This document shows positions 28,233-36,986 of a stretch of DNA of 64,000 nt, piece after piece. The DNA lies in assembly GCA_002307275.1 (NCBI GenBank), contig DBTX01000072.1:57454-121453 (forward strand), written 5' to 3'. The notes under the pieces were generated by a model. That model made no database searches. It saw only the letters and a list, made by a program, of their open reading frames with translations, and was not told the origin of the DNA. Both the position numbers and the translations under genes were made by a program. The stretch's first letter is position 1, and every line of letters begins with the position of its first letter. This DNA is from Hungateiclostridiaceae bacterium UBA1305 (GTDB taxonomy: Bacteria > Bacillota > Clostridia > Acetivibrionales > DTU013).

Positions 28233-28308
28233 CTTTTAAATTAGTCAGGATGCATGGGCGAGCAGTTGACGAAGTCAACGACCAGCCCCCCTAAGAGGCT
28301 AGTAAAGG
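28233..28308 (+). promoter_or_regulatory. PyrR-binding-loop-like leader element, interrupted by the 35-nt hairpin element
   Basis: CUUUUAAAUUAGUC...[44 nt]...CUAAGAGGCUAGUAAAGG. With the insert removed, AGUCCUAAGAGGCU matches the PyrR box ARUCCAGAGAGGYU at 12/14 positions. A uracil permease lies downstream. Confidence 0.45.
28253..28287 (+). repeat. 35-nt hairpin element, copy B (CATGGGCGAGCAGTTGACGAAGTCAACGACCAGCC)
   Basis: Fold is GGGC-gagca-GUUGAC-gaa-GUCAAC-gacca-GCCC. 33/35 identical to copy A. Confidence 0.9.
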
Positions 28309-28334
28309 TTTTTTTGTGCAATTGTACGATTGTG

Positions 28335-28366
28335 CTTCTTACTACCCAGGTAAGAAGTTCTTTTAT
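28335..28366 (+). terminator. Leader terminator/attenuator upstream of the uracil permease
   Basis: cttcttac / gtaagaag stem followed by ttcttttatt, about 100 nt before the start codon. Confidence 0.5.
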
Positions 28367-28465
28367 TATATTATCCGTGATCCCAGTTCTTTTTTGAAGG
28401 ATCTATCGATGTACGAACAGCGATGGTGCTGTTTTACATAAATACAGATTGGGAGGAAGATATCA

Positions 28466-29845
28466 ATGCAAAGGAAGATCATTCAAGTCGAAGAAAAGGT
28501 TCCAATTCTTCAAGGTCTGCCGCTCAGCTTTCAACATTTGTTCGCAATGTTCGGAGCATCGGTGCTTGTACCGTTTTTGTTCAATAACGCAGCCCAGGTT
28601 CATTTCGCAGAAAAAGTACTAATGACAACAATGCAAAAACTAACTCCGGAACAGTTGACACAGGTACAGGCAATTCAGGTGATAGATCCATCGCTTGTGT
28701 TACTGATGAACGGTATCGGCACATTAATTTATCTGTTCCTTTGCAAAGGAAAAGCGCCGGCATTTCTTGGATCAAGCTTTGCTTTTCTGGCACCGGCATT
28801 TGCAGTCATTACAAGCTCAAAAGACTACAATGTCAATTTTTCAAAGGCATTGGGCGGGTTTATTTTATGCGGACTTATTTTTGCCATTACCGCAATCATT
28901 ATTGGAAGAGTAGGTACGAAATGGCTGGATGTTGTTCTTCCTCCGGCAACGATGGGCCCGATCGTAGCATTGATAGGACTTGAACTGGCAGGTACTGCTG
29001 CAAGCAACGCAGGACTTTTGCCTTCTGCGGAAGGTACCTTTAACACAACCAGTATCATCATTGCCCTTATTACATTAGCAGTCGTTGTATTCGGCAGTCT
29101 GCTGTTCAGGGGTTTTATGGGAATTATCCCGGTTCTTCTGGCGGTTATCATCGGATATATTGTGGCCTGGCTGATGGGTGCGGTTAATTTCACAGCTGTT
29201 GGCGCAGCAAACTGGCTTTCATTGCCTAAAATGGTCACGCCTACATTTGATATCAATGCAATGATGATTATTGCACCGGCGGCACTCGTAGTCATATCCG
29301 AGCATATAGGCCATCTGTTTGTAACGGGTAAGATCGTCGAGAGAGACCTGATAAAAGATCCAGGTCTTCACAGATCTCTGTTGGGAGACGGACTTTCAAC
29401 GATGCTTTCCGGTTTCACCGGTTCCTGTCCGACAACTACTTATGGCGAAAACATGGGCGTCATGGCGGTTACCAGAGTATACAGCGTATGGGTAATAGGC
29501 GGAGCAGCCGTAATCTCGATCATAATAGCATTCATTGGGAAGCTGTCCGGCGTAATCCAGAGTATACCATCTGCAGTAATGGGCGGCATTACGATCCTGT
29601 TGTTCGGTATGATCGCTGCCTCAGGTATCAGAATGATTGTTGAAGCAAAGGTGGATTACAGCAAATCAAAAAATCTGATACTGACTGCAGTAGTATTCAT
29701 CGTCGGTCTCAGCGGGATATCAATAAACATCAATACAGTACCTCTTAAAGGTATGGCACTCGGAACAGTAGTTGGTATGTTGCTGAGCCTTGTATTCTAT
29801 ATTCTTGAGAAATTCAAGCTCACGAATGACATTGATGAAGAATAA
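28466..29845 (+). CDS. uraA: Uracil permease (NCS2 family)
   Basis: 459-aa polytopic NCS2 pattern (QHLFAMFGASVLVP, ISEHIGH, TTTYGENMGVMAVT). Confidence 0.85.
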   Translation: MQRKIIQVEEKVPILQGLPLSFQHLFAMFGASVLVPFLFNNAAQVHFAEKVLMTTMQKLTPEQLTQVQAIQVIDPSLVLLMNGIGTLIYLFLCKGKAPAFLGSSFAFLAPAFAVITSSKDYNVNFSKALGGFILCGLIFAITAIIIGRVGTKWLDVVLPPATMGPIVALIGLELAGTAASNAGLLPSAEGTFNTTSIIIALITLAVVVFGSLLFRGFMGIIPVLLAVIIGYIVAWLMGAVNFTAVGAANWLSLPKMVTPTFDINAMMIIAPAALVVISEHIGHLFVTGKIVERDLIKDPGLHRSLLGDGLSTMLSGFTGSCPTTTYGENMGVMAVTRVYSVWVIGGAAVISIIIAFIGKLSGVIQSIPSAVMGGITILLFGMIAASGIRMIVEAKVDYSKSKNLILTAVVFIVGLSGISININTVPLKGMALGTVVGMLLSLVFYILEKFKLTNDIDEE

Positions 29846-29861
29846 TCTATGATATTAAGAG

Positions 29862-29897
29862 GGGGACAGGTTCATATGAACCGTCCCCTTATTTTTT
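29862..29897 (+). terminator. Intrinsic terminator after uraA (GGGGAC-core hairpin)
   Basis: ggggacaggttc-atat-gaaccgtcccc stem followed by ttatttttt. Confidence 0.65.
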
Positions 29898-29909
29898 CAA
29901 TAAAAATGG

Positions 29910-31037
29910 TTAATTATTGATGATGAAATTGACGATATCTTTGGCACTATTGGGATTACGAAAATTCACTTGCTTCTTTTTGATATCGAGCAGCTTTTCA
30001 TAGTTGTTTGCCAATAGACTGGCAACAACTTTTTTTAACGATGAAGCTTCGCTGCAAATCACACCCAGGCCGTATTTGACGGCATATCCCGGATTACCCT
30101 CCTCCTGGCCGGGCAGCGCCCCTGTGATTACCATTGGAACATTGCACATGACTGCTTCCATCATGGTATTGGGACCGGCACGGACAAATAGGATATCTGA
30201 GGTCAGCATAAGTGCCTGCACGTTTTCTGTATACCCCAGCACTTCGATCCTTTCAGGGTATTTTTCAAGCAAGGTGTGTTCCAGACGTCTTTTGAGAAGT
30301 CTGTTTCTGCCGCAAAGCAGCCTTACGCTGCAATCGAAATTTTTCAACAGGATCCTGGCAAGCCGGCTCATATTTCCAGAACCTTCGCCACCGCTCATGA
30401 TCATGAATCTGAGCGGATTCTTCGGAAAATAATCTGCCTGTGAAGCATCGAAATAGTTTTTGCCGTCTGCGGACGTCAAATGGCTGTAGAACCGCTGCCT
30501 GACCGGAAATCCGAACACTCTGATCCGGTCTTCCGGCACACCGCTTTTCAGACAAGTTTCCCGGGCTTCTTCCGTCGGACATATTGTGTACCTTGCCTTT
30601 GGATTGCACCATAGAGGTGAGATCGTCACAGGGTCGGCCACTACTGCGAAGAGTGGTATATTCACATTGATGCGCTCAAGGATGTTTGTGATGGAGGCAT
30701 TGTAATTAGGGTGGGTAGTGATGATCGCGTCCGGATTCATTTCATTCAGCAGCTTTACAAAACGGTCGAAAATGGTAGCCTCACCCATCTCAATCATCAA
30801 AGAGGGTCTTCTTTCGGTGATATCCCATATCAGTTTCCAGGCTTCCTTGGATGTGCGGGTGATAGACCCGTACATTTTACCCACTTGCAATCCGAGGACC
30901 CCACTTAATGAAAACCCTTCAATTACCTTGACGTTTATTTCCGGGTAATGGCGGAACTGCTCCAACATCGACTCCGTAATGCTTTTGTGCCCGGAGCCCG
31001 TTATATCCGATGAGATTATTAATATTTTCTTATACAT
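29910..31037 (-). CDS. MGDG-synthase-family glycosyltransferase (diacylglycerol glycosyltransferase type)
   Basis: MYKKILIISSDITGSGHKS N-terminus plus a GT28-like C-terminal domain (AGPNTMMEA..PGQEEGN). The ATG at 31037 is preferred. The track start at 31148 overlaps the upstream gene. Confidence 0.78.
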   Translation of the reverse strand: MYKKILIISSDITGSGHKSITESMLEQFRHYPEINVKVIEGFSLSGVLGLQVGKMYGSITRTSKEAWKLIWDITERRPSLMIEMGEATIFDRFVKLLNEMNPDAIITTHPNYNASITNILERINVNIPLFAVVADPVTISPLWCNPKARYTICPTEEARETCLKSGVPEDRIRVFGFPVRQRFYSHLTSADGKNYFDASQADYFPKNPLRFMIMSGGEGSGNMSRLARILLKNFDCSVRLLCGRNRLLKRRLEHTLLEKYPERIEVLGYTENVQALMLTSDILFVRAGPNTMMEAVMCNVPMVITGALPGQEEGNPGYAVKYGLGVICSEASSLKKVVASLLANNYEKLLDIKKKQVNFRNPNSAKDIVNFIINN

Positions 31038-31051
31038 ATAGGTATCCTTTG

Positions 31052-32629
31052 TTATAAAGTTTTTATTTCTGAATCTTTCATATAAAATGTAGCTGTAATA
31101 GTTCCCGGCGGTACTTCTGCCAGTATTCCTCTGAACAGGATACTGCAATTCGGGAATAAATGTTTTGTTATACTGATTTCACCATCTCCATGTGCTTTCA
31201 AATATCCTGCCATACTTTTTCTTTCTTCCTCCAGAGCCTTTATTTCATCTTTCAGCAGACAGAGCTGGTCAGAAGAGTTGACTGTACCTGCAGATTTGCC
31301 GGATCCGGTTTTATCCAAAGCCGAGACCAACTTGAGTCTTTGCTGCTCAACCTTTTTATTGCCTATGAGGTGAAATAACTCGTCCAATCTTTCAATATAT
31401 GCCAATCTATTGAAACAGGTCACCTCTATTACAGTTTTTCGTTCCATTTCGGATCCAGCCATGGGAACTACTACACGTACCTCAGCTGTCACGTGCCCAC
31501 CGAGCGCCTGCCCGTTTGAGGCATCAAAAATCACTTCTTTTGCTTTAATGTTGCTGTTCAGACAGTAATATCCTATGTGTGCAGTTCTGCCACATGTAAT
31601 ATGGACGTTATCAGCAAATTTTATAAAAACATTGTTGGCTGCGTAAATCTCAACAATTTCTTTGGAAGATATGCCGCCCTTTATGTAAATACTGCCCGTG
31701 GAGCTAATAATACCTTTAATGCTGCCAAGCCCAAATTCACTGTTTATTTCAATATCCTTTGTTGCTTCGACTGAAAATCCGTCATTCACTGTACCCTTGA
31801 TCGTCAGAAAACCATCGAATTTAATATTTCCCGTACTGACACCGACATCGCCATTTATTTCAAGATGACTTGAGACATTGATTTTACCGTTCGTATAGTT
31901 TACTGCTCCGTTCAAACGCGAAAAAAGCTCTGTCTTGCCCGATGCGGAGATCTCGGACACTGAGTTCTTATCATAATTCAATGTAGCAGTCCTGCCCTTT
32001 GCCGGTTTGATGACCTCTCCCCTGACAGTTTTGCCGGGAATCCCGTCAGTCGCCTCGATCCGTTCTCCCAACCAGTCACCAGGATGAACCCTGTTGATCA
32101 GTTTGAGATCATAAAAATTTACCCTGCCATCCTGGCGAATTTCAGGTTTTGCTTCCATGAGCTCATACATTTTTATAACGGCATCATCGCCGTCCACAGC
32201 GGCTGTTCCCTGGGCGATCATATAAGATTTGCAAGGCTTGAACTCTTCAGACATAAGGTTGGTATTTATACCGTGCACGATTCCGTTTTTACTCATAACT
32301 GCGTTTAATTCCTGTAAGAGCTTTTCCCTGAAAGCAAGTGCCAGTTCTTCTTCAGGAAGGTTGAATGTAGCATATGCGGTTAGTCCTGAGGGAGCAATCT
32401 CTATCCTTATTCTTTCCTTGAGTTCTCCTATTTTTTGCAGTTTTGAAGGGGCCGTGCTGATAGAGGTGCGAAGTGCAGCTGCACTGGTGAGGCCGATTTC
32501 AGGGTGCTTTGCCAAAAGGGTCGCGAGTCTTTCCATCGGAAAGCCTTTTTTGAAAGTCTCTATAAATACGTCATTGTTCTCGATGGATATTGTCAGAAAT
32601 TCATCATTGAAAATTATTAAAGCACCCAT
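31052..32629 (-). CDS. DUF342 (FapA-like) protein
   Basis: 525 aa. N-terminal domain, beta-helix-like central repeats (..G.I.V.G.V...) and a C-terminal coiled coil, as typical for DUF342. Confidence 0.7.
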   Translation of the reverse strand: MGALIIFNDEFLTISIENNDVFIETFKKGFPMERLATLLAKHPEIGLTSAAALRTSISTAPSKLQKIGELKERIRIEIAPSGLTAYATFNLPEEELALAFREKLLQELNAVMSKNGIVHGINTNLMSEEFKPCKSYMIAQGTAAVDGDDAVIKMYELMEAKPEIRQDGRVNFYDLKLINRVHPGDWLGERIEATDGIPGKTVRGEVIKPAKGRTATLNYDKNSVSEISASGKTELFSRLNGAVNYTNGKINVSSHLEINGDVGVSTGNIKFDGFLTIKGTVNDGFSVEATKDIEINSEFGLGSIKGIISSTGSIYIKGGISSKEIVEIYAANNVFIKFADNVHITCGRTAHIGYYCLNSNIKAKEVIFDASNGQALGGHVTAEVRVVVPMAGSEMERKTVIEVTCFNRLAYIERLDELFHLIGNKKVEQQRLKLVSALDKTGSGKSAGTVNSSDQLCLLKDEIKALEEERKSMAGYLKAHGDGEISITKHLFPNCSILFRGILAEVPPGTITATFYMKDSEIKTL

Positions 32630-32793
32630 AACTACACCTCCTTTTAAATTCTTTACATATATAATTCCTTACATAAATAATATCGGTTTAAATCGTGTGT
32701 TTGCATAACATATTTTGGTTTTAACACCTCATATTATTCTATATATATAGTAGACGGTTTTATTACCATGCGATAAAAATTGAGATTCTGGAG

Positions 32794-34011
32794 ATGATAA
32801 TACTGAATTCATTTAGAAATGTAAAGATATTTCTCATTATAATCTTAATTGCTGCTGCAACAATTATTCAGCCTGTCTATGGAGATGATGAACAGGAGAC
32901 AGAAATACTGAAGCCGGTCATATCTGATAAAGTGGTGGAGAGTAAAAAGACACCTGTAATAAATGCACTTGCGGCAGTTGTAATCGAAGCCTCCAGCGGA
33001 AGGGTGCTCTACTCAAAAAATGCCGCAGTGAAACGTTCGATAGCCAGTACGACTAAAATAATGACAGCAATCGTAGCACTTGAAAATGGCAATCTGAATG
33101 ATACGGTGACAATTAGCAAAAGGGCTGCGGATATTGGCGGGTCGACACTCGGAATGCGGGAGGGACAGGAGTTCACACTGAAAGAACTGTTATACGCAAT
33201 GCTGATGATATCTGCCAATGATGCAGCTATTGCCGTGGCAGAGCACATAGGCGACACAGCGGAGGGCTTCGCAGAAATGATGAATGCAAAAGCAAGGTCG
33301 ATCGGAGCGGCAGACTCCAATTTTGTCACGCCGCATGGGTTGGATGTGAGCGATCAGTATTCCACTGCGTACGATATGGCGATTATTACAAGATATGCAT
33401 TACAAAATCCTGTCTTTGCAAAAATCGTAGCAACAACTGATTCATCTATAACAGGATTCAGCCTTTATAATACGAATGAGCTGCTGGGCGCATATCAGGG
33501 CGTCGACGGCGTTAAGACAGGGTACACCGGTAAAGCGGGCAGATGTCTTATTACAACAGCACAAAGAGGTGGCATGCGGGTTATATCAGTGGTGTTCGGA
33601 TCGCCTACCAGAAGTGCCAGAGCAAATGCTACCAAGTCACTTCTGGATTACTCATTTGAAAATTACAAAATGATAAACTTAATAAACGCCGGTACGGTTT
33701 ATGCCGATGTTCAGGTCAGCCGCGGGCTGAAAGAAAATGTATCGCTTGTCGCGGCCCAAAATATTGTGCTGCCGCTTAGCGATGCGGAATCCGGAGTGCT
33801 TGAAATACGGGATTATAAACCAACGGTAATGAATGCACCGGTTTACGCCGGTTCGGAGGCGGGATATGTCGAGTACCTTGTTGGCGGTGAAATCGTTGCT
33901 GAAACCAATTTGACAGTTGCAGAGAGTATAAGGAGAAAAAATTATTTCGATTATCTTGCAGATATCCTGAAATCCTGGGGAAAGATGATGCGAGAGGGAA
34001 TATTTGCTTAA
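32794..34011 (+). CDS. D-alanyl-D-alanine carboxypeptidase (S11, DacB/DacF type)
   Basis: Signal/TM segment, SxxK (ASTTK), SxN (SAND), KTG (KTGYT), PBP5 C-terminal domain. Confidence 0.85.
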   Translation: MIILNSFRNVKIFLIIILIAAATIIQPVYGDDEQETEILKPVISDKVVESKKTPVINALAAVVIEASSGRVLYSKNAAVKRSIASTTKIMTAIVALENGNLNDTVTISKRAADIGGSTLGMREGQEFTLKELLYAMLMISANDAAIAVAEHIGDTAEGFAEMMNAKARSIGAADSNFVTPHGLDVSDQYSTAYDMAIITRYALQNPVFAKIVATTDSSITGFSLYNTNELLGAYQGVDGVKTGYTGKAGRCLITTAQRGGMRVISVVFGSPTRSARANATKSLLDYSFENYKMINLINAGTVYADVQVSRGLKENVSLVAAQNIVLPLSDAESGVLEIRDYKPTVMNAPVYAGSEAGYVEYLVGGEIVAETNLTVAESIRRKNYFDYLADILKSWGKMMREGIFA

Positions 34012-34246
34012 TAGTGAACGAGAAATCCTGTTAGTTGAAGTGGAGTCTTGAAACTTCGTAATTGTATATGATGTATGTGTCGGATATAACGAGGCCAAGA
34101 TGTCCCCCACCTCTATAGGTGGCGGGTACAGTTTTGGTTTGCAGGCGGCGGGCATATCTCCCGCCTCGTTGAAACACTGCTTAGGTAAGAAAATTTTTCT
34201 ACAAATAAAAAATTTTCTTTGAACCGAAGTGTTATAATAATGAATT

Positions 34247-36154
34247 ATGAAGACAATTATTATTGCTATGAATTCAAAGTATATTCACACCTCACTAGCG
34301 CCATGGTATCTGAAGGCTGCTTGTGGAAGCTCCTGTGGGGAAATACAAGTTTTGGAGCATACAGTTAATGAAAGTATTAATGATGTTCTTATGTCAATAT
34401 ATCTTAACAAGCCTGATCTTGCTGCATTTTCATGCTATATCTGGAACATTTCCCAGGTGCTGAAGCTGGCGTCAAGCCTGAAGAAGCTGCTCCCGAAGAC
34501 TTTGATCGTACTGGGCGGACCTGAAGTATCCTATGATGCTGAGAATATGATGAAGGAGAACGAGTTTGTAGATTTCATCCTTGCAGGAGAAGGGGAGGAA
34601 TCCTTCCCGAAGCTTCTAAAGCATACTGCCGTCTATTCACGGCAGTTGGAGGGGAAAGGTTCTGCTCGTCAGCAGGGGGATTCACAGGATGGAGACGGTT
34701 CTGTCCATCCGCAGGAGGATTCACAGGAGGGGAACGGTTCTGAACCGGAAATCGGTTTTGAAATGATCGACGGACTCGCATGGAGGCAGGATGGCCTCAT
34801 CAGGATTAATGAAGCTGCGCTGATAAGTTTACTTGATAATATTCCTTCACCTTATACCGATGAAATGCTTTCAACAATAAAAAACAGGATCGTGTATTTT
34901 GAATCCTCCAGGGGATGCCCATTTTCGTGCAGTTATTGTCTTTCATCAGCTTCTTCGGGAACAAGGTTCTTTTCCCTTGAAAGGGTCTTTAAGGAATTGG
35001 ACAGGCTGGTGGAGTCCGGTGCCAGACAAATCAAGTTTGTTGACAGGACGTTCAATTGCCATAAGCATAGGGCGCTGGATATCATCAAACATATTATGAA
35101 ATTGGACAGGGACAATGCAAAGCGATCTGGTGAGTCAGAAGCAAACTGCAATTTTCACTTTGAGGTAGGTGCGGACTTGTTTGATGAAGAACTGCTGCAG
35201 ATACTGGCTTCTGCACCAAAAGGTCTGTTCCAGATTGAGGCAGGTGTGCAGACTGTCAATGAAGCAGCATTATCGGCAATTAACAGAGTCACGCACCTGG
35301 AAAGGTTGTTTTCCAATCTGAGAAGGCTTCGTAAAGCTGGCAACATAAACATTCATACCGACCTTATTGCCGGACTTCCTTATGAAGACTACCATTCCTT
35401 CAGCAATTCCTTTGACATCGTCCATGATACTGATCCAAACCAGCTGCAGCTTGGTTTCCTGAAGTTTCTGAAGGGTACCCGGATGAGAAGAGATGCAGAG
35501 ATTTTCGGGTACAGCTTTAGTAATTATCCGCCTTATGAAATACTTTCCGGGTCACATATCGATTATAGCGGACTAATTGCACTAAAAGGCATTGCAGAGC
35601 TTGTAGAAAGATATTACAACAGCGCCAGATTCGTTTATTCGATTAAATATATCATAAAATATATTTTTGGATCGCCTTTCCGGTTTTATGAAAGTTTTTA
35701 TTCATACGGGTTCAAAAATGGCTGCAATAGTAATCAAACCGGTATTAGGGAAATGTATGCCCTATTTGACGGCTTTGCATCTACCTGCATGGATGATACA
35801 AAAAAAGCTGTGATGAGAGAGCTTTTAAGGCTGGATTTTCTAGCATCCGATCATTCCGGCACATTGCCTGATTTTTTGGAGAGCCGTACCAGTCAGATAT
35901 TCAAGGATGACTGCTTTGAATTTCTCAGAGGATCCGATATAAGCGCTATAATACCTGAAGCAGATGGAATGACCTCAAAACAAGTATATAAGAAGGTTCA
36001 TTTCGAGATTTTCCATATTGATCTTCCTGATGTGTTGTCGGATGAACTTAATGTTGTTTATAATAAGGAGTACAGGAATGTAATTGTTTTTAATTATATG
36101 AGCCGGGATAAAGTATCAGGAAGATATCAGTTTCACAAAATCGATATAAAATAG
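34247..36154 (+). CDS. B12-binding-domain radical SAM protein (DUF4080 C-terminus type)
   Basis: N-terminal B12-binding-like domain. SRGCPFSCSYC cluster motif. Repeat-derived insertion at 34658-34750. Confidence 0.78.
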   Translation: MKTIIIAMNSKYIHTSLAPWYLKAACGSSCGEIQVLEHTVNESINDVLMSIYLNKPDLAAFSCYIWNISQVLKLASSLKKLLPKTLIVLGGPEVSYDAENMMKENEFVDFILAGEGEESFPKLLKHTAVYSRQLEGKGSARQQGDSQDGDGSVHPQEDSQEGNGSEPEIGFEMIDGLAWRQDGLIRINEAALISLLDNIPSPYTDEMLSTIKNRIVYFESSRGCPFSCSYCLSSASSGTRFFSLERVFKELDRLVESGARQIKFVDRTFNCHKHRALDIIKHIMKLDRDNAKRSGESEANCNFHFEVGADLFDEELLQILASAPKGLFQIEAGVQTVNEAALSAINRVTHLERLFSNLRRLRKAGNINIHTDLIAGLPYEDYHSFSNSFDIVHDTDPNQLQLGFLKFLKGTRMRRDAEIFGYSFSNYPPYEILSGSHIDYSGLIALKGIAELVERYYNSARFVYSIKYIIKYIFGSPFRFYESFYSYGFKNGCNSNQTGIREMYALFDGFASTCMDDTKKAVMRELLRLDFLASDHSGTLPDFLESRTSQIFKDDCFEFLRGSDISAIIPEADGMTSKQVYKKVHFEIFHIDLPDVLSDELNVVYNKEYRNVIVFNYMSRDKVSGRYQFHKIDIK

Positions 36155-36300
36155 AAACATCTGATAGTTTTCAATTTCTATAAAAATTCTACAAAATTCC
36201 CAAACAACACTTTCATAATTCCAAAATATGGTGTATTATAGCTTTGTGATGGTAATTAATGGTATTTGCATCTTGCTTATCAGGGGGAGTGAAGCTGATT

Positions 36301-36954
36301 ATGAGTTATTCCGTCGAGCACAGGATGACAAAAGGAAGTTTTACTGTTGAAGCTTCAATCATAGTGCCGATTATGATTCTCAGCATAGCTGCTGTTATTT
36401 ATATGGGCTTGCTTCTCTATCAAAGGACGATAATTCAATCAGCGGCAGAAACAGCGGCCGGTGACGGCGCTGCGGCATGGTCTTCGGGAGTGGGCCGGAT
36501 CGGCACGGGAAAGCTGTCGAACGACAGCTTTGACAATATCAAGCTATACAGAAGGATTTATAACAGCGATAAGGAGAAACAGCTTGAAATTATCAGGAAC
36601 CATGCAGCGGATCTTGCTTTGCGCGGAGAACTGCTGAACCCCGTCGAGACCGACATTCAGGCTGAAATTAAGGATTATGCCGTATGCAGAAAACTTGAGG
36701 TCAGTATAACCAAAAGCTATATACTGCCACTTGGCAGCTTTTTAAAGATATTCGGCGGCAGCGGAAAGATTGTAATCAATGTAAAAGCTGCTTCAATGCT
36801 GGATGAGCCGGTTGAACTCATCCGTACAACGGATTTCATACTGGATATGGAAAAGAAGCTTGAGGAGAATTATCCGGAAATCAAAAATCTGGGAGAGAAG
36901 ACAAGAAGCACAATGAATGAAATTAAGGACAGGCTGGAAAAGTTTTTAGAATAA
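36301..36954 (+). CDS. TadE-like pseudopilin-type protein
   Basis: N-terminus MTKG|SFTVEASIIVPIMILSIAAVIY (Gly, Glu at +5, hydrophobic helix). RBS AGGGGGAG. Confidence 0.55.
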   Translation: MSYSVEHRMTKGSFTVEASIIVPIMILSIAAVIYMGLLLYQRTIIQSAAETAAGDGAAAWSSGVGRIGTGKLSNDSFDNIKLYRRIYNSDKEKQLEIIRNHAADLALRGELLNPVETDIQAEIKDYAVCRKLEVSITKSYILPLGSFLKIFGGSGKIVINVKAASMLDEPVELIRTTDFILDMEKKLEENYPEIKNLGEKTRSTMNEIKDRLEKFLE

Positions 36955-36986
36955 TTAAGCATCAAGGTTATTATGGAGGGGTCGTC

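Noticed and set aside
31038-31148. Long N-terminal extension of the glycosyltransferase (track start 31148)
   Set aside because: It would overlap the 3' end of the DUF342 gene by ~100 nt. The conserved GT N-terminus MYKKILIISSD starts at 31037.
33679-34155. 158-aa minus-strand ORF over the dacB 3' end and the following spacer
   Set aside because: It is antisense to a supported gene. Its 5' part is the G+C-rich structured segment, which is better interpreted as RNA structure.
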